NCBI RefSeq assembly: GCF_058153355.1
Contig: NZ_CM177019.1
Length of the DNA stretch: 64,000 nt
Direction: 5' to 3' (one strand)
This document shows, piece after piece, positions 49,696-61,277 of the stretch. A program made the position numbers and the translations under genes. The notes under the pieces are model-generated. The model was not told the origin of the DNA and searched no databases. It saw only the letters and a program-made list of their open reading frames with translations. Numbering within the stretch: position 1 is the stretch's first letter; every line of letters starts with the position of its first letter.

Positions 49696-50142
49696 TTACA
49701 TACTGATTGGCAACGCCATGATGATGGCGTCTTCGCGACCGTCCTTGGTGGGGTAGTAATTGCGGCGAATCGTCGCCTCGTTAAAGCCTAAACTTTCGTA
49801 CAGGGCAATGGCGGCAGCGTTTGAGGCACGGACTTCCAGCCATAGCGTCGCCACGCCGCGTTTTTCCAGTTCGTCGATCAGATGTTCCAGCAGCGCCCTT
49901 CCCAGTCCCTGACGCTGATAGTCAGGATCGACCGCAATATTGAACAATGTAGCTTCATCCAGCACCACTTGCGTAATCGCAAACGCCGCCATTTTGCCGT
50001 TTTGCGTTAACTGAAAGTTGAGATAACGCTCGCCCTGATTACTGGCAAAGGTTTTTTCACTCCACGGAAAGGCGTGGGCGCGTTGTTCAATGTGGAAAGC
50101 CGTTGGTAAATCAGTCGTTTCGAGGGAAGAAATCGTGTTCAT
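49696..50142 (-). CDS. rimI: ribosomal protein S18 alanine N-acetyltransferase
   Basis: 148 aa GNAT fold ([13 protein letters not shown]); K-12 synteny. Confidence 0.9.
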   Translation of the reverse strand: MNTISSLETTDLPTAFHIEQRAHAFPWSEKTFASNQGERYLNFQLTQNGKMAAFAITQVVLDEATLFNIAVDPDYQRQGLGRALLEHLIDELEKRGVATLWLEVRASNAAAIALYESLGFNEATIRRNYYPTKDGREDAIIMALPISM

Positions 50143-50524
50143 ATGTGCAAATTTGTTGCCATAACGCGGCGCGTGCCGTTGGGTTTGCCCGTAATTCGGT
50201 GAGCGCCGGTGATGCCACCTGAGCGCCTTCCAGTGATAGCGGTTCGTCAGTACCCAACCGCCAGCTGTTGCAGCGACTGCCTTGCGGCAGCATCGCGATT
50301 TTTTCTGGCGTCAGTTGCAGCACTTGATCGGGGCTGACGGTTAATGCACGCAGAACATCGCTCACCAGAGGATCGGTCAGGGCGGGAAGATCGTTTGCCA
50401 CCATCACCAGACGGACGTGTGCCGGGATCGCAATGGCAATCTCCCCCTGCAACGCGCCAGGGCGACGCAGCGACCACTGGGTAATGCCCAGTTGCTGTAA
50501 CTGCCAGTCTCGTCGGGATGTCAT
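50111..50524 (-). CDS. holD: DNA polymerase III psi subunit
   Basis: 137 aa MTSRRDWQLQQLGITQW...; overlaps rimI as in K-12. Confidence 0.9.
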   Translation of the reverse strand: MTSRRDWQLQQLGITQWSLRRPGALQGEIAIAIPAHVRLVMVANDLPALTDPLVSDVLRALTVSPDQVLQLTPEKIAMLPQGSRCNSWRLGTDEPLSLEGAQVASPALTELRANPTARAALWQQICTYEHDFFPRND

Positions 50525-50626
50525 AGCGAATCGCTCCTGTTGTCAGGGGCGCAAATATAGCAAATTCGTCGATACCGCGCCAACATATGGCTATAATCGC
50601 CGCCAGTATCAATTGAGGAGCATTCC

Positions 50627-51658
50627 ATGTCTGCATTTACCCCGGCAAGTGAAGTCTTGCTGCGTCACAGTGATGATTTCGAACAAAGCCGTATTCTTTT
50701 TGCCGGAGACTTACAGGATGACCTGCCCGCGCGTTTAGATACCGCGGCCAGCCGTGCTCATACCCAGCAGTTCCACCACTGGCAGGTATTAAGCCGCCAA
50801 ATGGGTGATAACGCCCGTTTTAGTCTGGTCGCCACGGCGGATGACGTCGCAGATTGCGATACGCTGATTTACTACTGGCCGAAGAACAAACCGGAAGCCC
50901 AGTTTCAGTTGATGAATTTACTTTCTCTGCTGCCGGTGGGAACGGATATTTTTGTCGTTGGCGAGAACCGAAGCGGCGTGCGCAGCGCCGAGCAGATGCT
51001 GGCAGATTATGCACCGTTGAATAAGGTGGACAGCGCCCGTCGCTGTGGCCTCTATTTTGGTCGTCTGGAAAAACAGCCGGTATTTGATGCCGATAAATTC
51101 TGGGGCGAATACAGCGTCGATGGCCTGACGGTCAAAACGTTGCCGGGCGTGTTTAGCCGCGACGGTCTGGATGTCGGTAGCCAGTTGCTGCTTTCGACGT
51201 TAACCCCGCACACGAAAGGTAAAGTGCTGGATGTCGGCTGCGGTGCAGGCGTTCTTTCAGTTGCCTTTGCACGCCACTCACCGAAGATTCGTCTCACGTT
51301 GTGCGATGTTTCTGCGCCAGCAGTTGAAGCCAGCCGTGCAACACTTGCGGCCAACGGTATTGAAGGTGAAGTCTTTGCCAGCAACGTCTTTTCTGAGGTG
51401 AAAGGTCGTTTTGATATGATCATCTCCAATCCGCCGTTCCACGATGGGATGCAAACCAGTCTGGATGCAGCACAAACGCTGATTCGCGGCGCGGTGCGTC
51501 ATCTTAACAGCGGCGGCGAGCTGCGAATTGTAGCGAACGCCTTCCTGCCTTACCCGGACGTGCTGGATGAGACATTTGGCTTCCACGAAGTGATCGCGCA
51601 AACCGGGCGCTTCAAGGTGTATCGCGCCATTATGACCCGCCAGGCGAAGAAAGGTTAA
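50627..51658 (+). CDS. rsmC: 16S rRNA (guanine1207-N2)-methyltransferase
   Basis: 343 aa with AdoMet motif VLDVGCGAG and NPPFH. Confidence 0.9.
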   Translation: MSAFTPASEVLLRHSDDFEQSRILFAGDLQDDLPARLDTAASRAHTQQFHHWQVLSRQMGDNARFSLVATADDVADCDTLIYYWPKNKPEAQFQLMNLLSLLPVGTDIFVVGENRSGVRSAEQMLADYAPLNKVDSARRCGLYFGRLEKQPVFDADKFWGEYSVDGLTVKTLPGVFSRDGLDVGSQLLLSTLTPHTKGKVLDVGCGAGVLSVAFARHSPKIRLTLCDVSAPAVEASRATLAANGIEGEVFASNVFSEVKGRFDMIISNPPFHDGMQTSLDAAQTLIRGAVRHLNSGGELRIVANAFLPYPDVLDETFGFHEVIAQTGRFKVYRAIMTRQAKKG

Positions 51659-51677
51659 GTATCCCGCCGCAAGCCTT

Positions 51678-51711
51678 GCCGGATGCGGCGTGCTTGCCTT
51701 ATACAACCTAC
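51678..51711. repeat. REP-like palindromic unit with conserved tail
   Basis: GCCGGATGCGGCGTGCTTGCCTTAT...; a paralogous copy with the same downstream tail (CCTA.AAAACCTGCA.GTTAG) occurs at 54148..54189. Confidence 0.6.
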
Positions 51712-51727
51712 AAAACCTGCAAGTTAG

Positions 51728-54090
51728 CCCTGTCGGGTAGCAGCGATTCATTACTGTCTCGCCGCCCCCTAAGAACGGTACGTGCGAGTTTCCCCGCATA
51801 CCGCTCAAGCCTTTATAAGCCTCCACCTTGTGGGAGACCAGCGTCATTACTATGTAGTTGTCGATGGCAGTTGGGATGGAGTAGGACTAAATTGCTCACA
51901 TCATCGCTACCGCCAAGAGATTTCTTGAGCAAATGATGAACATTCCATCCTGTATCGCGATTAATCGGTTGCTCACATAAAGGGCAGCGCGATCCTTGCC
52001 TTTTCCATATAGCGAGAATCCTTTTCTGCCCCTGTTGGGATTTCTTCCATGAGTAGTCCAGCCTTCTTTCGAAGTATGTTTCCCACTCGGGATCATATGG
52101 ATTTGCCGTTCCCTTTATTTTTATATAGCGATTAATATGGATGTCGCTGGCCCGGGACAGAACATATTTCCTACCCTCCGGATCGACTCCATAAAATCGA
52201 CCATGACACATTTTTATTGTCGTGTGGTACTTTCGGAAGATCCATCTCCGGCCTTTGCCGGGATGTCTCCTTCTGCACCACTGCCAGATTTTGCGCCAGA
52301 TTTGGTTGTCGACATAGTTAAATGTCTCTGCCGATGCTACATGTTGGTGATAGTTTGCCCACCCGGTGATGATTGGATTAAGCAGATTTATTAGCACCCA
52401 TGCAGGAACCGTTCGGTTACCTTCAATAGTCTCTCTGATCTTGCTAAGAAATTGTTTAACGTTTTTCTTGGCTGGTCTGATTATGAGTTTTCTACCGAAG
52501 CGTCGGACGTGCTGCCCAAGGAAATCAAATCCGTCAGTAATGTGAGTGATGACCGTTTTCTCTTCGGATAACGTCAGCCCTCTTTCTGCAAGAAATGATT
52601 TCACCAACGGAAGAACATTCTCCTCCAGAAGTTCTTTCGACTTTCCGGAAATGATGAAATCATCAGCATACCGGACGAAGTGAACCTGATGTTTCCTGAA
52701 TGTTTTTGAGCGTTTCGGACCAAAGCGATTTTGCAGCAGTCTTTCCAGTCCATCCAGGGCCATGTTTGCCAGAACTGGAGATATGATTCCTCCCTGGGGT
52801 GTACCCGAGAGAGTTTTGCTGAATATGCTTTTTTCGATGATCCCGGCTTTCAACCAATTACGGAGTATTTGCTTGTCCATAGGAATATTTTCAAGCAGCC
52901 ACTCGTGGCTAATGTGTTCAAAGCATCCTTTAATATCGCCTTCCAGAACCCATTTCGAGGCGTTCCGGGAACTATACATATTACATACCTGTTGAATGGC
53001 GTCAGCCGTACATCGCGCTGGTCTGAAACCATAACTGTTGTGATCTGCATTAGTTTCCGATACAGGCTCCAATCCCAGCAGATGCAGGGCCTGCATTGCC
53101 CTGTCAAGCATGACGGGGATTCCTAATGGTCTTTTCTTGCCATTAGATTTGGGTATAAAAACTCTTTTTAGCGGTAGGGGCTTGTACCCTTTTCGCCTGA
53201 GTTTGAATATCGCTTCCCATTTTGATTCTGGAGTACTCCAGATTTGACCATCAACTCCGGGGGTTTTACGCCCGCTATTTTCCGTAACTCGTTTCACCGC
53301 CAGTGCTCTGGCGCTGAATGAGCGAACCAGCAATCGTTGCAATCTACCGACTGTACGCCATTGCTGGTTACATGCCGCCTTTGCGATTCTTGTCTGTATG
53401 GTTTTAACGTGTTGATGGCATTTCTTCCAGTTAATGGAATGCCAACCTTTTCCGTTGATGACCGCAGTTACATTGTTAGATGTAATTTTCATACATGTCA
53501 TCCAAAGAAACCTTCGCAGATGTTTCGCAATTAAAGACCAGATGGAAGTCAGCACGGTTTCCCGTTAAGGCAAATATTGAACCTCTATCCGCACGATTAC
53601 AGTCCGGCTTTCGCTTTTTCCATCCTCCTTTACCCGCATTCTCATCAGTTTGCCTTACGGTGCCCCTGCCACTAGGGCGAGAATTCGGGCTTACCAAGTT
53701 CCGACCAACATACAAAGAACGGGTTAGGTTCTGTCTATCCGCCGGGGGAGTTATTGTCCATGTATTCCCACTACGAACAGGAATAGCCTTACCCCTTACC
53801 TTTTGGTGCAAGCCTATCAGCATCTTTGGCTCGTTCTCTGTTACGACGTTTAACGACAGTTCACTATGTTAACCATACCGCCCAGCCTAGCGCTCTCGCC
53901 GCATGATGCTTGTAGCGATCAGGTTTTCTCACGATTAACTGAAGCAATATTTGCTAAGCTACATTGTCCCAAGGGCTTCAGACAGAGCCGTTACCAGCTT
54001 TGCCTGCCTCAGTAGGCTACAACTAATGGAATAGTTGGTTTTATATAAATAATTTATCAAAACAATATGTTGGACGACTTCTTGTCGCAC
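51728..54090 (-). mobile_element. group II intron (~2.36 kb), boundaries approximate at the 3' end
   Basis: 5' end GTGCGACAAG (reverse complement of 54081..54090); RT/maturase/HNH ORF; canonical domain V GAGCGGTATGCGGGGAAACTCGCACGTACCGTTC (reverse complement of 51773..51806) 7 nt after the ORF stop. Confidence 0.75.
51813..53492 (-). CDS. group II intron reverse transcriptase/maturase with C-terminal HNH endonuclease domain
   Basis: ORF 51813..53555; RT motifs including YADDFII; maturase (X) region; C-terminal CPLCEQ...HH...NCHRQLH; likely start at MKITSNNVT. Confidence 0.85.
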   Translation of the reverse strand: MKITSNNVTAVINGKGWHSINWKKCHQHVKTIQTRIAKAACNQQWRTVGRLQRLLVRSFSARALAVKRVTENSGRKTPGVDGQIWSTPESKWEAIFKLRRKGYKPLPLKRVFIPKSNGKKRPLGIPVMLDRAMQALHLLGLEPVSETNADHNSYGFRPARCTADAIQQVCNMYSSRNASKWVLEGDIKGCFEHISHEWLLENIPMDKQILRNWLKAGIIEKSIFSKTLSGTPQGGIISPVLANMALDGLERLLQNRFGPKRSKTFRKHQVHFVRYADDFIISGKSKELLEENVLPLVKSFLAERGLTLSEEKTVITHITDGFDFLGQHVRRFGRKLIIRPAKKNVKQFLSKIRETIEGNRTVPAWVLINLLNPIITGWANYHQHVASAETFNYVDNQIWRKIWQWCRRRHPGKGRRWIFRKYHTTIKMCHGRFYGVDPEGRKYVLSRASDIHINRYIKIKGTANPYDPEWETYFERRLDYSWKKSQQGQKRILAIWKRQGSRCPLCEQPINRDTGWNVHHLLKKSLGGSDDVSNLVLLHPNCHRQLHSNDAGLPQGGGL

Positions 54091-54093
54091 TCG

Positions 54094-54181
54094 TAGGCCA
54101 GATAAGACGCGCCCGCGTCGCATCTGGCATCTGCACCCAAATACCGTGTCGGATGCGGCATGAACGCCTTATCCGACCTAT
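54094..54181. repeat. BIME: two REP units abutting the intron 5' end
   Basis: TAGGCCAGATAAGACGCGCCCGCGTCGCATCTGGCA and GTCGGATGCGGCATGAACGCCTTATCCGACCTAT. Confidence 0.7.
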
Positions 54182-54248
54182 AAAACCTGCACGTTAGTTT
54201 CCTGATGGACATTTTTCCAGCAATTACACCTCCGTCGATAATTAACTA

Positions 54249-54276
54249 TTGACGAAAAGCTGAAAACCACTAGAAT
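54249..54276 (+). promoter_or_regulatory. leu tRNA operon promoter (-35 TTGACG, 16-bp spacer, -10 TAGAAT)
   Basis: Strong sigma70 elements ~40 bp upstream of the first tRNA. Confidence 0.6.
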
Positions 54277-54317
54277 GCGCCTCCGTGGTAGCAATTCTTT
54301 TTAAGAATTGATGGTAT

Positions 54318-54404
54318 GCGAAGGTGGCGGAATTGGTAGACGCGCTAGCTTCAGGTGTTAGTGTCCTTACGGACGTGGGGGTTCAAGTCCCCCCCCTCGC
54401 ACCA
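54318..54404 (+). tRNA. leuQ: tRNA-Leu (anticodon CAG), copy 1
   Basis: 87-nt sequence GCGAAGGTGGCGGAATTGGTAGACGCGCTAGCTTCAGGTGTTAGTGTCCTTACGGACGTGGGGGTTCAAGTCCCCCCCCTCGCACCA, matching E. coli tRNA-Leu1 with encoded CCA. Confidence 0.95.
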
Positions 54405-54432
54405 AAAACCACGTTGATATTGCTCGCACTGG

Positions 54433-54519
54433 GCGAAGGTGGCGGAATTGGTAGACGCGCTAGCTTCAGGTGTTAGTGTTCTTACGGACGTGGGGGTTCA
54501 AGTCCCCCCCCTCGCACCA
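54433..54519 (+). tRNA. leuP: tRNA-Leu (CAG), copy 2 (one C to T difference in the variable arm)
   Basis: Same 87-nt sequence except GTGTTCTTACGG instead of GTGTCCTTACGG. Confidence 0.95.
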
Positions 54520-54552
54520 AACGAGGCGATATCAAAAAAGTAAGATGACTGT

Positions 54553-54639
54553 GCGAAGGTGGCGGAATTGGTAGACGCGCTAGCTTCAGGTGTTAGTGTC
54601 CTTACGGACGTGGGGGTTCAAGTCCCCCCCCTCGCACCA
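54553..54639 (+). tRNA. leuV: tRNA-Leu (CAG), copy 3
   Basis: Identical to copy 1. Confidence 0.95.
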
Positions 54640-54677
54640 ATTATCTTTACTTCCTTTCTTGTTTCTTCCCTGTTTTG

Positions 54678-54914
54678 TCATCCCTGATTCAAATTCATTA
54701 TCATCAGCATGATGCCAGCAATAAGCGCCAGGCATGATGGTAGCAAAATGTAATGCCGTAACTGTTTGTGATACAACATCACTGGCGTCATCACCAATCC
54801 CATCAGAATGACAATCCGCCACTGATCCGGCGATAAATCCGCATACATCAGCCCTGCAATCAGCAATCCCGGCAGCAACACTCCCCAACCACTGCCCAGC
54901 ATACGTTGCAACAT
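54678..54914 (-). CDS. yjjZ: small inner-membrane protein
   Basis: ORF 54678..55025; start MLQRMLGSGWGVLLPGLLIAGL gives 78 aa; divergent from fhuF. Confidence 0.7.
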   Translation of the reverse strand: MLQRMLGSGWGVLLPGLLIAGLMYADLSPDQWRIVILMGLVMTPVMLYHKQLRHYILLPSCLALIAGIMLMIMNLNQG

Positions 54915-54932
54915 GGTTTCATCTCTTTTATT

Positions 54933-55040
54933 GATAATGATAACTAATATCATATGATAATTTTTATCATTTGCAAGCCAGAGAAATCCCTTGCTATCGG
55001 GTAAACCTATCGTTAGGATTAGCAATCATTATCATTTAGA
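54933..55040. promoter_or_regulatory. Fur-box-rich regulatory region between yjjZ and fhuF
   Basis: GATAATGATAACTAATATCATATGATAAT (54933..54961) and GCAATCATTATCATTT (55022..55037) match the Fur consensus GATAATGATAATCATTATC. Confidence 0.7.
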
Positions 55041-55054
55041 TTACTATCACGATT

Positions 55055-55843
55055 ATGGCCTATCGTTCCGCACCGCTCTATGAAGATGTTATCTGGCGAA
55101 CGCATCTCCAGCCGCAGGATCCTGGACTTGCAGAAGCAGTACGGTCGACGATCGCAGAAAATCGTGAACATTTGCTGGAGTTTATCCGCCTGGATGAACC
55201 CGCCCCATTTAGTGCCCTGACGCTGGCGCAATGGTCATCACCGAATGCGTTAAGTTCTCTGTTAGCTGTTTATTCCGATCATATCTACCGCAATCAACCA
55301 ACGATGATCCGCGAGAATAAGCCGCTGATCTCCCTGTGGGCGCAATGGTACATCGGCCTGATGGTGCCGCCATTAATGCTGGCCCTGTTAACGCAGGAAA
55401 AAGCATTAGATGTGTCGCCGGAACATTTCCACGTTGAGTTTCACGAAACCGGACGCGCCGCCTGTTTCTGGGTCGATGTGTATGAAGATAAAAACGCAAC
55501 ACCACATTCACCGCAGCAGCGAATGGAAACGTTAATTAGCAAGGCGCTTGTTCCGGTTGTGCAAGCATTAGAAGCGACTGGAGAAATTAACGGTAAACTT
55601 ATCTGGAGTAATACCGGTTATTTGATCAACTGGTATCTGACTGAGATGAAACAGTTGCTCGGCGAGGCGACAGTTGAATCGCTGCGCCATGCCCTCTTTT
55701 TTGAGAAAACGCTCACTACCGGTGAAGATAATCCACTCTGGCGTACCGTGGTGCTGCGCGACGGCCTGCTGGTGCGCCGCACTTGCTGCCAGCGTTATCG
55801 CTTGCCGGATGTGCAGCAATGTGGTGACTGTACGCTGAAATAG
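55055..55843 (+). CDS. fhuF: ferric-siderophore reductase (2Fe-2S)
   Basis: 262 aa, C-terminal CCQRYRLPDVQQCGDC cluster motif. Confidence 0.9.
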   Translation: MAYRSAPLYEDVIWRTHLQPQDPGLAEAVRSTIAENREHLLEFIRLDEPAPFSALTLAQWSSPNALSSLLAVYSDHIYRNQPTMIRENKPLISLWAQWYIGLMVPPLMLALLTQEKALDVSPEHFHVEFHETGRAACFWVDVYEDKNATPHSPQQRMETLISKALVPVVQALEATGEINGKLIWSNTGYLINWYLTEMKQLLGEATVESLRHALFFEKTLTTGEDNPLWRTVVLRDGLLVRRTCCQRYRLPDVQQCGDCTLK

Positions 55844-55881
55844 AAAAATTTGCCGGGGAAGTAAACCCGGCATTAAGCGTA

Positions 55882-56559
55882 TTAATAGGGGTGCAACACG
55901 TTACTTGCTTCGCAATGACGCATACATAACAGAATGTCTGCGGCCTCCAACAACCCTGCATCAGAACTGACGCCCAGTTTCGACATTACATTAAATTTAT
56001 GCGCGCGGATCGTTTTGATATTGCGTTTAAGCTGCTCGGCAATTTGTGTCATTGAGTAGCCACGCGACATAAAGCGCAATATTTCTCTCTCCGTCGGGCT
56101 TAGCGTCCGGCTTTGGTTAATGTACCACTGATTGTTCAATCGGTCGGTCGCCTGACGCACACCATTTAATGACAAAAAGAGTTCCTGATGAAAAATCTCC
56201 AGCGTCGACGCTTTACTTAATACACCGTCCAGCGGTGATGGCGACAATGAACCAATCAGCCGAGCTTCAATATCATCATCCGCAATAACTAAACGGCGAG
56301 TACGCGGAAACTTAATCGCCAGTTCAGTCAGGCAAGATAATCCCTCTCTGCGTTTACTTCTCATGGCAGAAAAAGAAAAAATGACCGCCGCAAATGAGAT
56401 CCGCGACATGGCATCCTGAAATGACTCCTGACTGGTATAGATATGGAGCTTATAAGGGTTACCTGCAAACCTTCTGAATAAACTCTCAATACCGATACTG
56501 CTCATGACGCATTTTTCTATGAGTGCGACATTTCTCTTCTTAATTCGGCTGTGTTCCAT
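55882..56559 (-). CDS. bglJ: LuxR-family transcriptional activator
   Basis: 225 aa, C-terminal LuxR-type HTH ([25 protein letters not shown]); downstream of and overlapping yjjQ. Confidence 0.85.
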   Translation of the reverse strand: MEHSRIKKRNVALIEKCVMSSIGIESLFRRFAGNPYKLHIYTSQESFQDAMSRISFAAVIFSFSAMRSKRREGLSCLTELAIKFPRTRRLVIADDDIEARLIGSLSPSPLDGVLSKASTLEIFHQELFLSLNGVRQATDRLNNQWYINQSRTLSPTEREILRFMSRGYSMTQIAEQLKRNIKTIRAHKFNVMSKLGVSSDAGLLEAADILLCMRHCEASNVLHPY

Positions 56560-57242
56560 TCTGCGGCATCTCCATAAACAGAAGGCAAGTTAAGTTCTCT
56601 TGCACCCTGCGCGCTATTTATCCATGCATACATTTCAGCGTTGCTGTGAATTGCCAGTCGACGCATCGCACTGTTTTTTTGGGCGCTGATAGTTTTATTA
56701 CTTTTCTTAAGCAATGAAGCTATCTGGTTGATGCCCCATCCTTTACCTAATAGCCGCAGCACTTTGCGCTCTGAAAGAGTGAGAATGACGGAGCGATAGC
56801 TAAAATCATGCGTTTCAGTCATTGCCGGAGAGGTCAGCATGGCGCTGATACGCTCTGCGTGCGTATTGCCAGAACGCACGGTCTTAACCAGATTCTCAAT
56901 GGGTTCAACATCAGACAATAATGTCGCCGTAGGGCACATGAGAAGTTCTACCGCCTGGGAATACCAGGAGCGTGACACCATGAAAACCCAGTGAATTTCC
57001 CGATATTGTGAGATTAAAGAATAATAATGTTCACAAACAAAACGTGGATCTTCACTTTCACCGGCTAAATCAGCAATGACTAATCCGGAACGACGTAATT
57101 GTAATAAAGTAAGGTCCTCCGCAGAGGCGCTGGATATTATTTTATATTCAGGGAAGTGAGTCCTCATGACCTCTTTTAACCCTGCTTGCATAACAGGTAT
57201 TTTACTGATAACAATTCCATTTTTGCAGCATCCTGGCAACAT
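56517..57242 (-). CDS. yjjQ: LuxR-family transcriptional regulator
   Basis: 241 aa, LuxR HTH ([23 protein letters not shown]). Confidence 0.85.
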   Translation of the reverse strand: MLPGCCKNGIVISKIPVMQAGLKEVMRTHFPEYKIISSASAEDLTLLQLRRSGLVIADLAGESEDPRFVCEHYYSLISQYREIHWVFMVSRSWYSQAVELLMCPTATLLSDVEPIENLVKTVRSGNTHAERISAMLTSPAMTETHDFSYRSVILTLSERKVLRLLGKGWGINQIASLLKKSNKTISAQKNSAMRRLAIHSNAEMYAWINSAQGARELNLPSVYGDAAEWNTAELRREMSHS

Positions 57243-57860
57243 ATTTCCTCCACATCCACTGTCTAAAAATCATGATGGTCTATTCAGGATATTCATTCCT
57301 TAAATGTTTCCAGCAAATTAATAGATTAAGCGAATAAATTATCCTTTGCATTCACTTTCATATCAGCATACTCCTGCTGCACAATAACTCCACTGCATGT
57401 GTCAGAAGGTTAGCATCAAATGATAACCTGGTGAAATAGCCTGGAGACATTTAAAATATCTACATTAAGTTGTTAGAAATACTTAATGAAAAACAGAATC
57501 TTCATTCATTTAATTTATAATTAACTGATATCCCTTCCCGCAGGATGCAAAATCACACAATCAATATTTATTCAATAAAATCTGATAGTTTTAACTTGTT
57601 AAAATTAAAAAACGCGCCCAGTTATCTTTTATCCTGATTCGTAAGGGCTAAACAATAAATTCATTATAGTGATAATATTCATGCGATAATTTGTTTGCGG
57701 CGAGAGATAATTCGCTTTTTAACACCGAGCTTCTCCCGATAACCAGGATTAATCAGCGCAATTTTGATCTTAACCTGCCGCAAAACAACCGCGCTTCATG
57801 ATACAAATGGATTCTCATTATCTGAACAATACGCAGCACGTCTATGACAAAGGGCGAATT

Positions 57861-59095
<1,235 letters not shown>

Positions 59096-59202
59096 AATTG
59101 CCTCACTTAAAGCACGCGGATGAGAGACAGCCTCCTCTCCTCCGTGTGTTACTATAAAAGTTATCTCCCTTCTCGTTCATCGTTCCATATTTGAGAAACA
59201 GT

Positions 59203-59742
59203 ATGTCTTCCAGAGTTTTGACCCCGGACGTCGTTGGTATTGACGCCCTGGTACACGATCACCAAACCGTTCTGGCAAAAGCTGAAGGCGGTGTGGTTGC
59301 CGTATTTGCTAACAATGCCCCGGCGTTTTATGCCGTCACGCCTGCGCGCCTGGCTGAACTGCTGGCGCTGGAAGAAAAGCTGGCGCGTCCAGGAAGCGAT
59401 GTCGCTCTGGACGATCAACTCTATCAGGAACCGCAAGCCGCTCCCGTTGCTGTACCCATGGGGAAATTCGCCATGTATCCGGACTGGCAACCCGATGCCG
59501 ACTTTATCCGCCTGGCGGCGCTATGGGGCGTGGCGCTAAAAGAGCCGGTGACCACCGAAGAACTGGCCTCATTCATTGCCTACTGGCAGGCGGAAGGTAA
59601 AGTCTTTCACCATGTACAGTGGCAACAAAAACTGGCGCGCAGCCTGCAAATCGGCCGTGCCAGCAACGGCGGACTGCCGAAACGAGATGTGAATACGGTC
59701 AGCGAACCTGACAGCCAAATTCCACCAGGATTCAGAGGGTAA
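59203..59742 (+). CDS. dnaT: primosomal protein DnaT
   Basis: ORF 59191..59742; start [17 protein letters not shown] gives 179 aa; directly upstream of dnaC. Confidence 0.9.
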   Translation: MSSRVLTPDVVGIDALVHDHQTVLAKAEGGVVAVFANNAPAFYAVTPARLAELLALEEKLARPGSDVALDDQLYQEPQAAPVAVPMGKFAMYPDWQPDADFIRLAALWGVALKEPVTTEELASFIAYWQAEGKVFHHVQWQQKLARSLQIGRASNGGLPKRDVNTVSEPDSQIPPGFRG

Positions 59743-59744
59743 CG

Positions 59745-60482
59745 ATGAAAAACGTTGGCGACCTGATGCAACGCCTGCAAAAAATGATGCCTGCCCATAT
59801 CAAACCCGCATTCAAAACGGGCGAAGAACTGCTGGCCTGGCAGAAAGAACAAGGGGCAATCCGCTCCGCCGCTCTCGAACGTGAAAACCGGGCGATGAAA
59901 ATGCAGCGCACCTTTAACCGCTCCGGTATTCGTCCACTGCATCAGAACTGCTCCTTTGAGAACTATCGCGTTGAGTGTGAAGGGCAGATGAATGCGTTAA
60001 GCAAAGCGCGCCAGTATGTCGAAGAGTTTGACGGCAACATCGCCAGCTTCATCTTTTCTGGCAAGCCAGGAACCGGCAAAAACCATCTGGCGGCGGCAAT
60101 CTGCAACGAGCTACTGCTACGCGGTAAATCCGTATTGATCATCACCGTGGCCGATATTATGTCGGCGATGAAAGATACCTTCAGGAATAGCGGTACCAGC
60201 GAAGAACAACTGCTTAACGATCTGAGCAACGTTGATCTGCTGGTGATCGATGAGATCGGTGTGCAGACCGAATCGAAATACGAAAAAGTGATCATCAACC
60301 AGATCGTCGATCGCCGCTCTTCTTCCAAACGCCCAACCGGAATGCTGACCAACAGTAATATGGAAGAGATGACCAAGTTGCTGGGCGAACGCGTGATGGA
60401 TCGTATGCGCCTGGGTAACAGTTTGTGGGTGATCTTCAACTGGGATAGCTACCGTAGCCGGGTAACGGGTAAAGAGTATTAA
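59745..60482 (+). CDS. dnaC: helicase loader DnaC
   Basis: 245 aa; Walker A GKPGTGKNHLAAA; AAA+ loader. Confidence 0.95.
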   Translation: MKNVGDLMQRLQKMMPAHIKPAFKTGEELLAWQKEQGAIRSAALERENRAMKMQRTFNRSGIRPLHQNCSFENYRVECEGQMNALSKARQYVEEFDGNIASFIFSGKPGTGKNHLAAAICNELLLRGKSVLIITVADIMSAMKDTFRNSGTSEEQLLNDLSNVDLLVIDEIGVQTESKYEKVIINQIVDRRSSSKRPTGMLTNSNMEEMTKLLGERVMDRMRLGNSLWVIFNWDSYRSRVTGKEY

Positions 60483-60520
60483 TCCCCGTTTCTGGCGGTA
60501 TACTGCGACACAATTCCACA

Positions 60521-61024
60521 TTGAGTAATAATGATAAAACTGTTAAACACCTTCTGTGCTGTGCCCTTGCCGCCAGCGCATTAATTTCCACCGGGGTGCA
60601 TGCTGCATCCTGGAAAGATGCGCTCTCCAGCGCCGCCAGCGAACTTGGCAACCAAAACAGCACGACACAAGAAGGCGGTTGGTCGCTCGCTTCATTAACT
60701 AGCTTGCTTAGCAGCGGGAACCAGGCCTTAAGCGCAGATAACATGAACAATGCCGCAGGCATACTGCAATACTGCGCCAAGCAAAAGCTAGCTTCGGTAA
60801 CCGATGCCGAAAACATCAAGAACCAGGTGCTGGAAAAGCTGGGCCTGAACAGTGAAGAGCAAAAAGAAGACACCAACTATCTGGATGGCATTCAGGGTTT
60901 GCTGAAAACCAAAGATGGTCAGCAACTCAATCTGGATAACATCGGAACGACTCCGCTGGCAGAAAAGGTGAAAACCAAAGCCTGCGATCTGGTGTTAAAG
61001 CAGGGGCTAAACTTCATTTCCTGA
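60521..61024 (+). CDS. yjjA: secreted hypothetical protein (DUF2501)
   Basis: 167 aa with signal peptide; K-12 synteny. Confidence 0.8.
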   Translation: MSNNDKTVKHLLCCALAASALISTGVHAASWKDALSSAASELGNQNSTTQEGGWSLASLTSLLSSGNQALSADNMNNAAGILQYCAKQKLASVTDAENIKNQVLEKLGLNSEEQKEDTNYLDGIQGLLKTKDGQQLNLDNIGTTPLAEKVKTKACDLVLKQGLNFIS

Positions 61025-61277
61025 TCCGCGAAACGCCGCGTTTTAGCTGTTACCCGGCTGACGCGGCTCTCTCCTGCCCTTTTCCCTGCTCCTGGACGGT
61101 TTTCCCCCTGTTACACGGGAAGCGACCGTAATCAAAAAAGTCTGTTTATAAACTAATTCCTAACAACATCGCATTTTTTTGACACTAGAATTGCAGCAAT
61201 ATGGCGACGCCATTACATTGTGCTTCTCAAAAAGCTTAAACGTTGGCTAAACGGCCCGGTTTAGTGAGGATCGCCCG

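Noticed and set aside
54318-54639. Three tandem ~115-bp direct repeats, superficially array-like
   Set aside because: Each repeat is a complete tRNA-Leu(CAG) gene with a short spacer; not CRISPR (no short repeats or variable spacers, no cas genes).
54586-54888. 100-aa minus-strand ORF overlapping the third tRNA and yjjZ
   Set aside because: Overlaps a tRNA gene and is out of frame with yjjZ; the shorter 78-aa yjjZ frame is the known gene.
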